Shown: positions 24,877 through 32,326 of the stretch, one piece after another
How the letters are laid out: each line of letters begins with the position of its first letter
How positions within the stretch are numbered: the stretch's first letter is position 1
Assembly (NCBI GenBank): GCA_049586115.1
Contig: JBAVBF010000589.1
Span: 1-35,322, forward strand
DNA: 35,322 bases
Reading direction: 5' to 3'
DNA from: Thermoanaerobaculia bacterium
Lineage (GTDB): Bacteria > Acidobacteriota > Thermoanaerobaculia > Gp7-AA8
The notes under the pieces: generated by a model
What the model saw: only the letters and a program-made list of their open reading frames with translations
The model's database searches: none
What the model was told of the DNA's origin: nothing
Made by a program: the position numbers and the translations under genes

Positions 24877-25470
24877 TCAGGCCTTTCGCGCGAACAGGAG
24901 CGCGACATCCTTGCCAATCTCGGTCGACCGAACGAGATTGATCGGCACTCCATCGCAGAGTGCGGAGAGTTCTCGCCGCACGTCCTCGAGCCAGGTCTTG
25001 TCGTGACGTGCGTGTTGATACAGCGCGAGCCAGTCGTCGGTGGCGAGTTGCCGCCAACAGGCCTGCACCTCCTCCCGCACCACATGTTCCGCACTCGCCC
25101 GTGTAGGTTGCAGTCCCGTGTCGGGGTCGAGGAACAGTAGAACTGCGCCATCGCGATTCGCGGCGAGTACATCGATTACGCGTTGTAGGTATGCGGCCCG
25201 TTTCTTAGGGTCAAAGGGATCGTCGATCACATCGATTGGGATACCGACCGTCGCGCCGAGATGCCGGATGCGCTGGAGGTCACGGAAGAAGGTCCACACG
25301 GCATCATCCACAGCGACAGTCTGTTCTTCGCCGATCGTCACCTGCGGCCGTTCATCAGCGCGCGCGTACGCAACCTGGATGACCCTCGTGAGTGAATGCG
25401 CACGCGCGAAATGCAGGAGCGCCGACCATTTCACGAGGTCACGGTCGTCAGCGAACCAACGTTCCTTCAT
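24877..25470 (-). CDS. Hypothetical protein with an acidic LFLDPDTG motif, unknown family
   Basis: Starting at MKERWFADDRDLVKWSALLHFA (ATG 25470) puts it 17 nt after the DUF4238 stop. Conserved-looking blocks are LLFLDPDTGL and LALYQH. The track ORF extends to 25575. Confidence 0.65.
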   Translation of the reverse strand: MKERWFADDRDLVKWSALLHFARAHSLTRVIQVAYARADERPQVTIGEEQTVAVDDAVWTFFRDLQRIRHLGATVGIPIDVIDDPFDPKKRAAYLQRVIDVLAANRDGAVLLFLDPDTGLQPTRASAEHVVREEVQACWRQLATDDWLALYQHARHDKTWLEDVRRELSALCDGVPINLVRSTEIGKDVALLFARKA

Positions 25471-25486
25471 GCTTTCAGTGTACGCG

Positions 25487-26431
25487 TCACTCGACCACGA
25501 CCATTGGCGGGCGCACGGAACCCTCGAGCTGCGTGCGGCGAACGACGCTGCGAACCAGCGCTTCATCACAGCCAATGACGAACCGCTCGCAGCGTGAGGC
25601 CATCGCGAGATTATTCTCGCGGACCTGTCCCTTGGTGAGTGGCAGGAAGTCGAGGCCCGTCCCGAGGTCGCCGATGAAAAGAGCGACGGAGCGGCTCAGG
25701 GGAATCATCTTGTGTGCACCTGGAGTCGCGAGACCGAAGCCTCGCATTCCGTGCTGCCAGTCACGCGGCGGAATCAGCAGCAGAGGAGCGTCCGTGAGGA
25801 TCAGCGACATGCGGGCTGGCGTCTCCGCCACGACCCAACGCATGTTGAGGAAGATCTCCGCGAGGTCACCACTCATCTGGATCATCGTCTTGATAATGTT
25901 CTGCCGGGGTTCGACGACGGTATATCCGCCGTCTCTCAGGAGTTCGAAGTCCTCCTCCGGTGTCACGTCCATCGTGGTGCCGGTCCGCGCCTCGAATTTT
26001 TCGTGCTGGATTCGTACATCGTCGACAGTCGTTGCCATCCGCCGCCCGAGCGCTTGAAACGCTCCATTCATCATCTCCCGCATCGCGCGGTCGAATTGCG
26101 GGACACGGGTATGCAGCAGCGCGCAGAACAGAGCCAGCACTTCGCGGTCATGATCCGTCGGTGCTTCGCGGCGCTCCAACTTACGGATCACCGGCTCGGC
26201 TTCACCCTCAATAGATGACAGGAAGGCCTCGACCTCCATCGACTTCTCGCCGGTCACCGCATCGTCGATGGCGTAGTAGTAGCGGCTGACGGCTGTGTTC
26301 TTCGGCGTCTGGGGACGAAACGCATTGCTGTCGCGATCGAAGACGGTGAACACGGAATCGCGCTGCCTGTCCGAAGTGAAGCCTGCAAGGTAGAACTCAG
26401 GCAGGTAGTGGTGCCGCTTCGGGGTAGTCAT
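25487..26431 (-). CDS. DUF4238-family protein
   Basis: The N-terminus MTTPKRHHYLPEFYLAGF matches the H-Y-(V/L)-P-x-F-Y-L-x-x-F hallmark I associate with DUF4238. About 314 aa from ATG 26431. The track ORF extension to 26656 is Arg/Gly-rich and implausible. Confidence 0.7.
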   Translation of the reverse strand: MTTPKRHHYLPEFYLAGFTSDRQRDSVFTVFDRDSNAFRPQTPKNTAVSRYYYAIDDAVTGEKSMEVEAFLSSIEGEAEPVIRKLERREAPTDHDREVLALFCALLHTRVPQFDRAMREMMNGAFQALGRRMATTVDDVRIQHEKFEARTGTTMDVTPEEDFELLRDGGYTVVEPRQNIIKTMIQMSGDLAEIFLNMRWVVAETPARMSLILTDAPLLLIPPRDWQHGMRGFGLATPGAHKMIPLSRSVALFIGDLGTGLDFLPLTKGQVRENNLAMASRCERFVIGCDEALVRSVVRRTQLEGSVRPPMVVVE

Positions 26432-26475
26432 TGCGGTCTCAAACAATCCGGCGTCGCGTGAGCATTTCGAGCAGC

Positions 26476-27021
26476 CTAGCCCACGTGTGAGGCAATGTAC
26501 GCTGCGACCGGTGCGGATCGGTCGACGCCCGCGCTGCAGTGTAGGAGCACCGGTTTCGGCAACTCTTTGAACGCCGCGAGCGCAACTTCGCGGACGGTCA
26601 ACAGCTTCTCCTCGATGGTGTCCCGTGACGACTTGCTGTGCTGGGGGTCTTCCCACGGGAGGTGCTGAATCTGAAACCGCGTCCGGTAGAACTCGATCAG
26701 GTTGTCCGTTCCGAGTTCCAGGTCCTTGTAGAACCCGACCTCGGTGTCACTCATCAGGCAAATGATGCTCTGTATGCCGCACACCTGAATCATGTCCGCC
26801 CACTCCGCGACGTAAGGAGCCGCATCGGGCGTCAAGGTCCGCGCACTCCCACCGAATCGTTTGTGGTAACGGAGCGGACGCTGCGAACATGCGAGCTGGC
26901 CGGGGATGATCCAAACGATGAGTTCGGACTCATCTCCGTCCTGCAGCCTCCGGCGAAGAGTTGCGAGCTCCCGCCGAATCGAAGCGGTGCGCTGGACGAT
27001 GTCGGCAGGCATGGTAGTCAT
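26476..27021 (-). CDS. Cys-based protein phosphatase (dual-specificity / PTP-like)
   Basis: HCSAGVDRS is the HCX5R(S/T) P-loop. A candidate general-acid Asp (LPWEDP) lies about 37 aa upstream. IIPGQLACSQRP is typical of DSP N-termini. Start taken at MTTMPADIV. Confidence 0.8.
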   Translation of the reverse strand: MTTMPADIVQRTASIRRELATLRRRLQDGDESELIVWIIPGQLACSQRPLRYHKRFGGSARTLTPDAAPYVAEWADMIQVCGIQSIICLMSDTEVGFYKDLELGTDNLIEFYRTRFQIQHLPWEDPQHSKSSRDTIEEKLLTVREVALAAFKELPKPVLLHCSAGVDRSAPVAAYIASHVG

Positions 27022-27350
27022 TGTCGCAAGCAGACGAACAACCGCGAAACACGGGTGATGAATGGAACGAGCCGCCGTACGACTTCTGAGCGAGGACGAG
27101 ACCGCCCGGTTGGTTGAGGCATGCACGAGCGATGAAGTCCTCGAAGTGAGCAGCATGGCGCATCGGGTCTGACCTCTCGCGACGTGTCGCCGCCGAAGGC
27201 GACGAAGTCCTCAGCGAGACCTTCCGGTTCATCTCAGGAGTCCTTGCTCCGAGGGTCGAAGCGATTCTGAAGATCGAGACTGCGGCGAACACCTTCTGGG
27301 TCGAGCCGTCGACGCTGACGGAGACTGAGCGTGAGCTTCTGCGGCAGCTT

Positions 27351-28832
27351 GTGGCGACGGCTGCTGACCCCGAGATAAAGGCGCGGTTCGCCGACTTCCT
27401 GTGGCTCGCAGCGCGCGATTGGAAATCCGGAGAGATCGCGGTCGACTCCTATCTGGAGTCGGCGCGCCGTCTAAGGGACCCGGAAAACTGGGCGGGCGCC
27501 GCACCGCGATATGAGCGTGCCGCGTCCCTTGCCGGCTCCCTCGGTCGCAAGAAGCAGCGCTACTTGGCGGTGATCGCTGAGATCGAGGCATACCTCACGG
27601 AACTCGATGCGACGGACCCGCTCTTCATGAGCTGTCGGCTCATGGAGATTCTGCTCGCGCAGAAGGAGGGCAATCGCGCGAAGTACGCGGCGCTCGCGGA
27701 GAAAGCGGCGCACGCGGCCGAGGCCCGCGGTAATTTCTATGTGGCGCAGTTCCACTGGGACCTCGCGGCGAAATGGCAGTCTGCCCTGGAGAATACTGAT
27801 GGCGTTCGCGCTGCGCGGATTGGTGCGGCCGAGACGCTCGTGAAGGAAGCCGAGAGCAAGACGGAAGGCGCCAATGCAAGCTTCCTTACGGCAGCGAGCG
27901 TGCTGCAGGGTGCGATAGCGATCCTGCAAAAACAGAGCGGCACGCAGGACCGTGTTAAAGAACTGTTCCGCCTCCTCAAGGAGTACGAGATCAAAGGCGT
28001 GAAGGAGCTCAAGCCGATCGGAGGCACGGTTGATCTGACCGATGTGGCGGAGTTGGCGCGACAGGAGGTTGCCGGCATATCACGTCCAGATGCGATATCC
28101 GGGATCGCAGCGATGGTCCGTTTCCCACGGCGCGAGAAGGTGAAAGCCGATGTGCGAAAGGCGGCGAAGGACGATCCCCTTCAGCACCTCTTCGGTGAGT
28201 CGCTCCTCGACGCAGATGGCGCGATCATCGCCGGCCGGGGATCGGTCGATCCGGAAGACGAAGGCGAGGACCGTTCCGTGCTCGCGCGGATGTATGAAGA
28301 TGTCGTCCGCACCTTCAGCTTCACGGCGCTCGGCCAGATAGACCCGGCGCGACGCCAAATCGTCGACGAACATGACATCCGCGAGGGTGACCTGTCCGTC
28401 ATTGTGCAGCGCAGCTGGTTCGTGCCGCCGGGGCGCGACCCACTCTTCTCGCGCGGCCTGCTCGCGGGCTTCGAAGGCGATTTCGCCGTCGCACTGCACC
28501 TGCTCACGCCACAGATTGAGGCAGCACTGCGATGGAATCTGCGCCGACGTGGCCATGTCACGACGCGACTGAATCGGGACGGATTCCAGGAAGAGATGGA
28601 CCTCAACCAGTTGCTTGCAGATGCTCCCGCCGGTGAGCTTCTGGGCGATGACTTGCGCTTCGCGTTGCAGGCACTCCTCACGAGCCGCTTCGGGTTCAAT
28701 CTGCGGAACAAGCTCGCGCATGGTTTGCTGGATATCGGCGCCATGTATTCGACGGTCGCGGAGTTCTTCTGGGCGGTCGTGCTCATGATCTGCGTGCGCA
28801 CAACGGTCACGGCTGAGCATCCATCGACGTAG
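27351..28832 (+). CDS. DUF4209-like protein with a C-terminal HEPN-type Rx4H motif
   Basis: The C-terminal FGFNLRNKLAHG contains the LRN motif I associate with DUF4209 and an Rx4H (RNKLAH). The N-terminal part is a long helical region. GTG 27351 is the first canonical start, although the frame is open from 27150. Confidence 0.7.
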   Translation: MATAADPEIKARFADFLWLAARDWKSGEIAVDSYLESARRLRDPENWAGAAPRYERAASLAGSLGRKKQRYLAVIAEIEAYLTELDATDPLFMSCRLMEILLAQKEGNRAKYAALAEKAAHAAEARGNFYVAQFHWDLAAKWQSALENTDGVRAARIGAAETLVKEAESKTEGANASFLTAASVLQGAIAILQKQSGTQDRVKELFRLLKEYEIKGVKELKPIGGTVDLTDVAELARQEVAGISRPDAISGIAAMVRFPRREKVKADVRKAAKDDPLQHLFGESLLDADGAIIAGRGSVDPEDEGEDRSVLARMYEDVVRTFSFTALGQIDPARRQIVDEHDIREGDLSVIVQRSWFVPPGRDPLFSRGLLAGFEGDFAVALHLLTPQIEAALRWNLRRRGHVTTRLNRDGFQEEMDLNQLLADAPAGELLGDDLRFALQALLTSRFGFNLRNKLAHGLLDIGAMYSTVAEFFWAVVLMICVRTTVTAEHPST

Positions 28833-28861
28833 CAACCTTCTTCTCTAACCCTCCTGTTCTT

Positions 28862-28885
28862 GCGCTTCGGCGTTGGTCGAAGCGC
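28862..28885 (+). terminator. Terminator-like hairpin downstream of the DUF4209 gene
   Basis: Perfect 8-bp stem GCGCTTCG / CGAAGCGC with an 8-nt loop, 30 nt after the stop. No U-tract. Confidence 0.35.
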
Positions 28886-29002
28886 GCCTGCTATCCGCGC
28901 GGCGTGCTGGCCGAACTGCCAGAACGCCGCCCGTGAGAGCGAGTACACGGAACACCGTCCAGGACGTTCACGGGGGCAACAAGCTGTCGGATCCAGCGAC
29001 GA

Positions 29003-29029
29003 TTCCGACCGGCTCCGATCCGTTCCGAT
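29003..29029 (+). promoter_or_regulatory. Three (T/C)TCCGA(T/C) repeats at exact 10-nt spacing upstream of the 29092 operon
   Basis: gaTTCCGACcggCTCCGATccgTTCCGATgcg, with cores starting at 29003, 29013 and 29023. The array lies 63-89 nt upstream of ATG 29092. Confidence 0.35.
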
Positions 29030-29091
29030 GCGTAGTGCGACGCGGGGAGTCCAATGCTCCACAGCATCAGTGAACGATCAACGGAGGGTCG

Positions 29092-29304
29092 ATGAAATTC
29101 AAAGCAACAATCGAATCAGCGACGCACAGCTATGACGTCGAATTTGACCTCGACGACCAGGCGACAGCACAGGCACGTCTGGCAGATGTACTCGGGGATA
29201 TCTCGAAGAGGTTTCTCCGAAAGGGCGAGCGCGCCGAGAAGCAGGGTCGTGCAATGAAGTCTGGTCCCGCCTCTCCGACCATGGCCGGGGGAGGTGCGAA
29301 ATGA
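29092..29304 (+). CDS. Small hypothetical protein (70 aa)
   Basis: GGAGGG SD lies 4 nt upstream. The stop overlaps the next start (ATGA). Confidence 0.6.
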   Translation: MKFKATIESATHSYDVEFDLDDQATAQARLADVLGDISKRFLRKGERAEKQGRAMKSGPASPTMAGGGAK

Positions 29305-30092
29305 CGCGCGCTGTTTCGCTCGTGCTCATCGCACTGACGCTCGCCGGCTGCAACAGCCCGGTCGGCATCATGTTGGGCTTCGGCCACGTACCAACCAAGC
29401 CCGCCGCAACGGTCGACTTTCTCTGCGACTTCGACGCAGGTGGAACATGCACTGCCGACAATCTCCAGGAGGCGCTTGACCGGGTACTGCCGTGTTTGAC
29501 GGATCGGCCGGGATCTCTCCTGCGCCTCTGGGCGATGGGAAACCAGCTGGGGGATACCACACTCCTCGCCTCCGCAACCGTGCCCTCTCTGACCGGCCGC
29601 AAGAACGTGGATCGCACAGCGTGGGCACGCTTCGTAAAGACAACGAGGTCGCTGTTCCTGGGCGCATATGCCGCGACGACAGATGCGCGGCACCGGCATC
29701 AATCTCCGATCGCGGAATCGCTCACGCGGGTGGCTTGGGCGGATAGCGCTTCCGAGCGCTACATCCTCGTCCTCACGGACGCGCGTGAGTACAGCGATAT
29801 CGGCGGTGACCTAGAGTGTGGCGCACTCCCCACGGCGAGCGCGTTCACCCGCCAGTTGCAACGCAATCATGTCCTCGCACCGCAATCGCTCCGCGGTACG
29901 ACCGTCGCTTTCTGCTTCGTCACGATCGGCTCGATCGACGGGCGCCGGTGCGACTCCACTCTCGAGCGTGCCGACAAGGTGAGGGAACTCTGGATCACGG
30001 CACTCGGCGCGGCTGGAGCAACACGCGTTCTCTATTCCACCGCTGTACCGCATCTGCAGGGCCTGGAGGGCCGTCATGCAACTACCGATTGA
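29301..30092 (+). CDS. Lipoprotein, possibly a degenerate vWA/Rossmann-like fold
   Basis: MTRAVSLVLIALTLAGC provides a lipobox. The strand-loop pattern VDFLCDFDAGGT ... SPIAESL ... ILVLTDARE loosely resembles vWA MIDAS positions without the canonical DxSxS. Confidence 0.6.
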   Translation: MTRAVSLVLIALTLAGCNSPVGIMLGFGHVPTKPAATVDFLCDFDAGGTCTADNLQEALDRVLPCLTDRPGSLLRLWAMGNQLGDTTLLASATVPSLTGRKNVDRTAWARFVKTTRSLFLGAYAATTDARHRHQSPIAESLTRVAWADSASERYILVLTDAREYSDIGGDLECGALPTASAFTRQLQRNHVLAPQSLRGTTVAFCFVTIGSIDGRRCDSTLERADKVRELWITALGAAGATRVLYSTAVPHLQGLEGRHATTD

Positions 30093-30870
30093 GAAACAGA
30101 TTGAACAATCCGCGGAGAACGACGCGATCGCAGGCATTCATCAGGGTGATCTCGCCCGCCAGGCGGCGCTGGGAAAGAAACCCGTGTGGGACACGGATGG
30201 CAACCCCGAACATGCCAAGGCCACCGAAATGATGAACCGGGGTCCGCAGCGCGACGATCTCAACGCGCAGCTCGAGGTGGAACATGAACGAATCGGCCAG
30301 GTTCAGACTCCGCCCTTGTTTATGGCGCTCACCATCGCGATCGCGGCTGTTGTCGAGTCAACCGGGAGCACGATCATCATGAAGAATTGCGGGTTCGAAC
30401 CGCCGGTGCTGTTCGGCATCACGCTGGCGGCCGCGGTTTTCGCGCTCGTGAGCCTGACCCGCAAGACGCGTGACTACCGCTCATACCTGGTCATCGCGGC
30501 CTTAGTCACCCTGTCGTTCGCGGTCGCGTCGTTGCGCGCGCGAGAGGCCGTCGGTGACGAAGGAGATGGAGGTCCAAGTAGCTGGGCGATGGGGGTCATC
30601 GCGCTCGTGATGACCATTGGCCCGGCCCTGTGGGCGGAGCCTGCGTTGCGCGAGCTCGGGATGCTGTTTCCTCACCTGCGCAGGAGGAGGCGCCTCGCCA
30701 AGCAGCACGCACAACTTGAGCGCGACATTAAGGCCGCGGAAGCATTCAGTGAGAAACACAAGAAATCCCAGCTCGCGTGGGAAGACACCGACCACCGCCT
30801 GAAGGCGAGATATGACATCGCGCACGCGCGCAAGCGTGCCGAGATCGAGTCCACGAACCCAACTCAGTAG
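30076..30870 (+). CDS. Membrane protein (about 4 TM) with a basic coiled-coil C-terminus
   Basis: Hydrophobic helices LFMALTIAIAAVV, VLFGITLAAAVFALVSL, YLVIAALVTLSFAVASL and AMGVIALVMTIGPALW. The tail is RRRRRLAKQHAQLERDIKAAEAF. GGAGGG SD. Overlaps the upstream gene by 17 nt. Confidence 0.7.
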   Translation: MQLPIEKQIEQSAENDAIAGIHQGDLARQAALGKKPVWDTDGNPEHAKATEMMNRGPQRDDLNAQLEVEHERIGQVQTPPLFMALTIAIAAVVESTGSTIIMKNCGFEPPVLFGITLAAAVFALVSLTRKTRDYRSYLVIAALVTLSFAVASLRAREAVGDEGDGGPSSWAMGVIALVMTIGPALWAEPALRELGMLFPHLRRRRRLAKQHAQLERDIKAAEAFSEKHKKSQLAWEDTDHRLKARYDIAHARKRAEIESTNPTQ

Positions 30871-30912
30871 GTGCACAACGCGTTTTCAACAATCAATCAA
30901 AGGAGGTGTGCG

Positions 30913-31890
30913 ATGACAGTCGTGAATATTTCGGATGTAGACAAGCGGCCAGAATGCGCGGTCTCGATTCTGGGTGCGAACCGCGGAGGCATGGCGAGCC
31001 AGAACCATGTCGTGCGCACTGCGCAGCAATCCACTGCATACAGATTTCAGGTTGCCTACACGGATGCGGTCGCCGGTCGCGCGGAAGCGTTGGCCACCCG
31101 CGCCCGCACCCAGGGCCTCGCAGCGGTCGGACATGAGGCCGATATTCGCGAGCTTCCGGCCGGGTCTCTCGGCAAGATCATCATCTCTCATCTCGATGAC
31201 CCTCGGCTCCTCGCGGAGATTCTCGCGAACAATCCTGACGCAGACATTCTTGGATATGTCTTCGCCCGAACCGCCGATGACCGTCTCGCGCTCGTCTGCA
31301 CCACGGCTGCGGCGGATGAAACTGAGGAGCGCTTCGGCAGCGCACTGCTGCTCATGGCGCTGGATCGTCACTCAGCGGCCGGCGGGTCGGAATTCATCTT
31401 CGGTGACCAGTCCACAGCGGCGATCCGCCAGATCGAGCCGCTGTTCCGCACCCTCGTCGGCTTCAATATCACCGATAAGATCGACCGGCTGCTCTCGCGT
31501 CGATCGATCGAGCCCGGAACCCATATCTGTCTCGATGGACGCGAGGCCTTGCGAACCGTCGTCCTCGATCATCGCGAACCCGGTTGGGCCAATCCCGCAG
31601 TGATCGCCCATGAGCAACTCAGCAATCCAAAGCATCCGATCGCGCGAGGCAAGTCGATGGTCGCCGCCGAAATCGGCCCCGACGCCGAGATCCGCCTGCA
31701 TGTTCTTCGTCGCCGCGTCACCGATGAGGCAGTCACCGTCGGCGGAGTGGCCGTGATCGACCCGCGCACCGTATCGATGCGAACGCCAGAGGCATGGCAG
31801 CAGGCGCAGCGCGAGCGCCAAGCGGCGCTCGCAGTTGCAGCTGCCAACACCATCACCCGTCGTCGTCGTCCCGTGTACGTCACCGACTGA
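30913..31890 (+). CDS. Hypothetical cytoplasmic protein (325 aa)
   Basis: ATG 30913 is preceded by AGGAGG. No motif recognised. The track ORF starts at GTG 30871. Confidence 0.65.
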   Translation: MTVVNISDVDKRPECAVSILGANRGGMASQNHVVRTAQQSTAYRFQVAYTDAVAGRAEALATRARTQGLAAVGHEADIRELPAGSLGKIIISHLDDPRLLAEILANNPDADILGYVFARTADDRLALVCTTAAADETEERFGSALLLMALDRHSAAGGSEFIFGDQSTAAIRQIEPLFRTLVGFNITDKIDRLLSRRSIEPGTHICLDGREALRTVVLDHREPGWANPAVIAHEQLSNPKHPIARGKSMVAAEIGPDAEIRLHVLRRRVTDEAVTVGGVAVIDPRTVSMRTPEAWQQAQRERQAALAVAAANTITRRRRPVYVTD

Positions 31891-31892
31891 GT

Positions 31893-31919
31893 AGGGCCGG
31901 GCCGGTTCGTGCCGGCCCT
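31893..31919 (+). terminator. GC-rich hairpin immediately after the 30913-31890 gene
   Basis: AGGGCCGG / CCGGCCCT 8-bp stem with an 11-nt loop, starting 3 nt after the stop. No U-tract. Confidence 0.4.
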
Positions 31920-31963
31920 TCGTCCTGAGCCCCTGACCCGTTCAGCGGCTCACGAGGAATCTC

Positions 31964-32326
31964 ATGATCATCACCCTCTGCTTCGCCTTGGGCTGCTTTC
32001 TCGTAGTGGTCTCGCTGCCACTCGGCTCAGCGGGCGTCTCTGTTAGGCGTGTGGGAGCGTGTCTCATTCTGGGTCCGCTGGTCGCGTCCGTCCTGTGGGG
32101 AACGCTGAAGGTCGCGCTACAGGAGGGCGATGTGCGTGTGGGCCTGAGCGCCACCGTTGGCGTGATTGTCTTGAGCTTCGTGGCATATGCGGTTCTGAAG
32201 GTGCGGAAGCGCATGTCCTCCTCAGGCGGACAAGGAAAACGTATCGCGACCAAGCGACCGTACATCCACCAGCGCGGGCGCGACGTGATGACGTTCATTA
32301 AGGAACAGCTGAATCGCGATGAATAG
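31964..32326 (+). CDS. Small membrane protein (about 3 TM)
   Basis: MIITLCFALGCFLVVVSLPL, ACLILGPLVASVLWGTL and ATVGVIVLSFVAYAVL, followed by a basic tail. GAGGA SD. Overlaps the ATPase start by 8 nt. Confidence 0.65.
   Translation: MIITLCFALGCFLVVVSLPLGSAGVSVRRVGACLILGPLVASVLWGTLKVALQEGDVRVGLSATVGVIVLSFVAYAVLKVRKRMSSSGGQGKRIATKRPYIHQRGRDVMTFIKEQLNRDE

Noticed and set aside
24874-24879. Palindromic TGATCA formed by the abutting stop codons of the convergent genes
   Set aside because: It is a trivial consequence of two TGA stops back to back. No further structure surrounds it.
28080-29062. Minus-strand ORFs 28080-28835 and 28181-29062
   Set aside because: They are antisense to the DUF4209-like gene, have a low-complexity Arg/Ser composition, and lack an SD.
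28860-29135. Plus-strand ORFs 28860-29135 and 28873-29073 in the intergenic region
   Set aside because: They are Arg-rich, lack an SD, and overlap the hairpin and the phased repeats. The region reads better as regulatory DNA.
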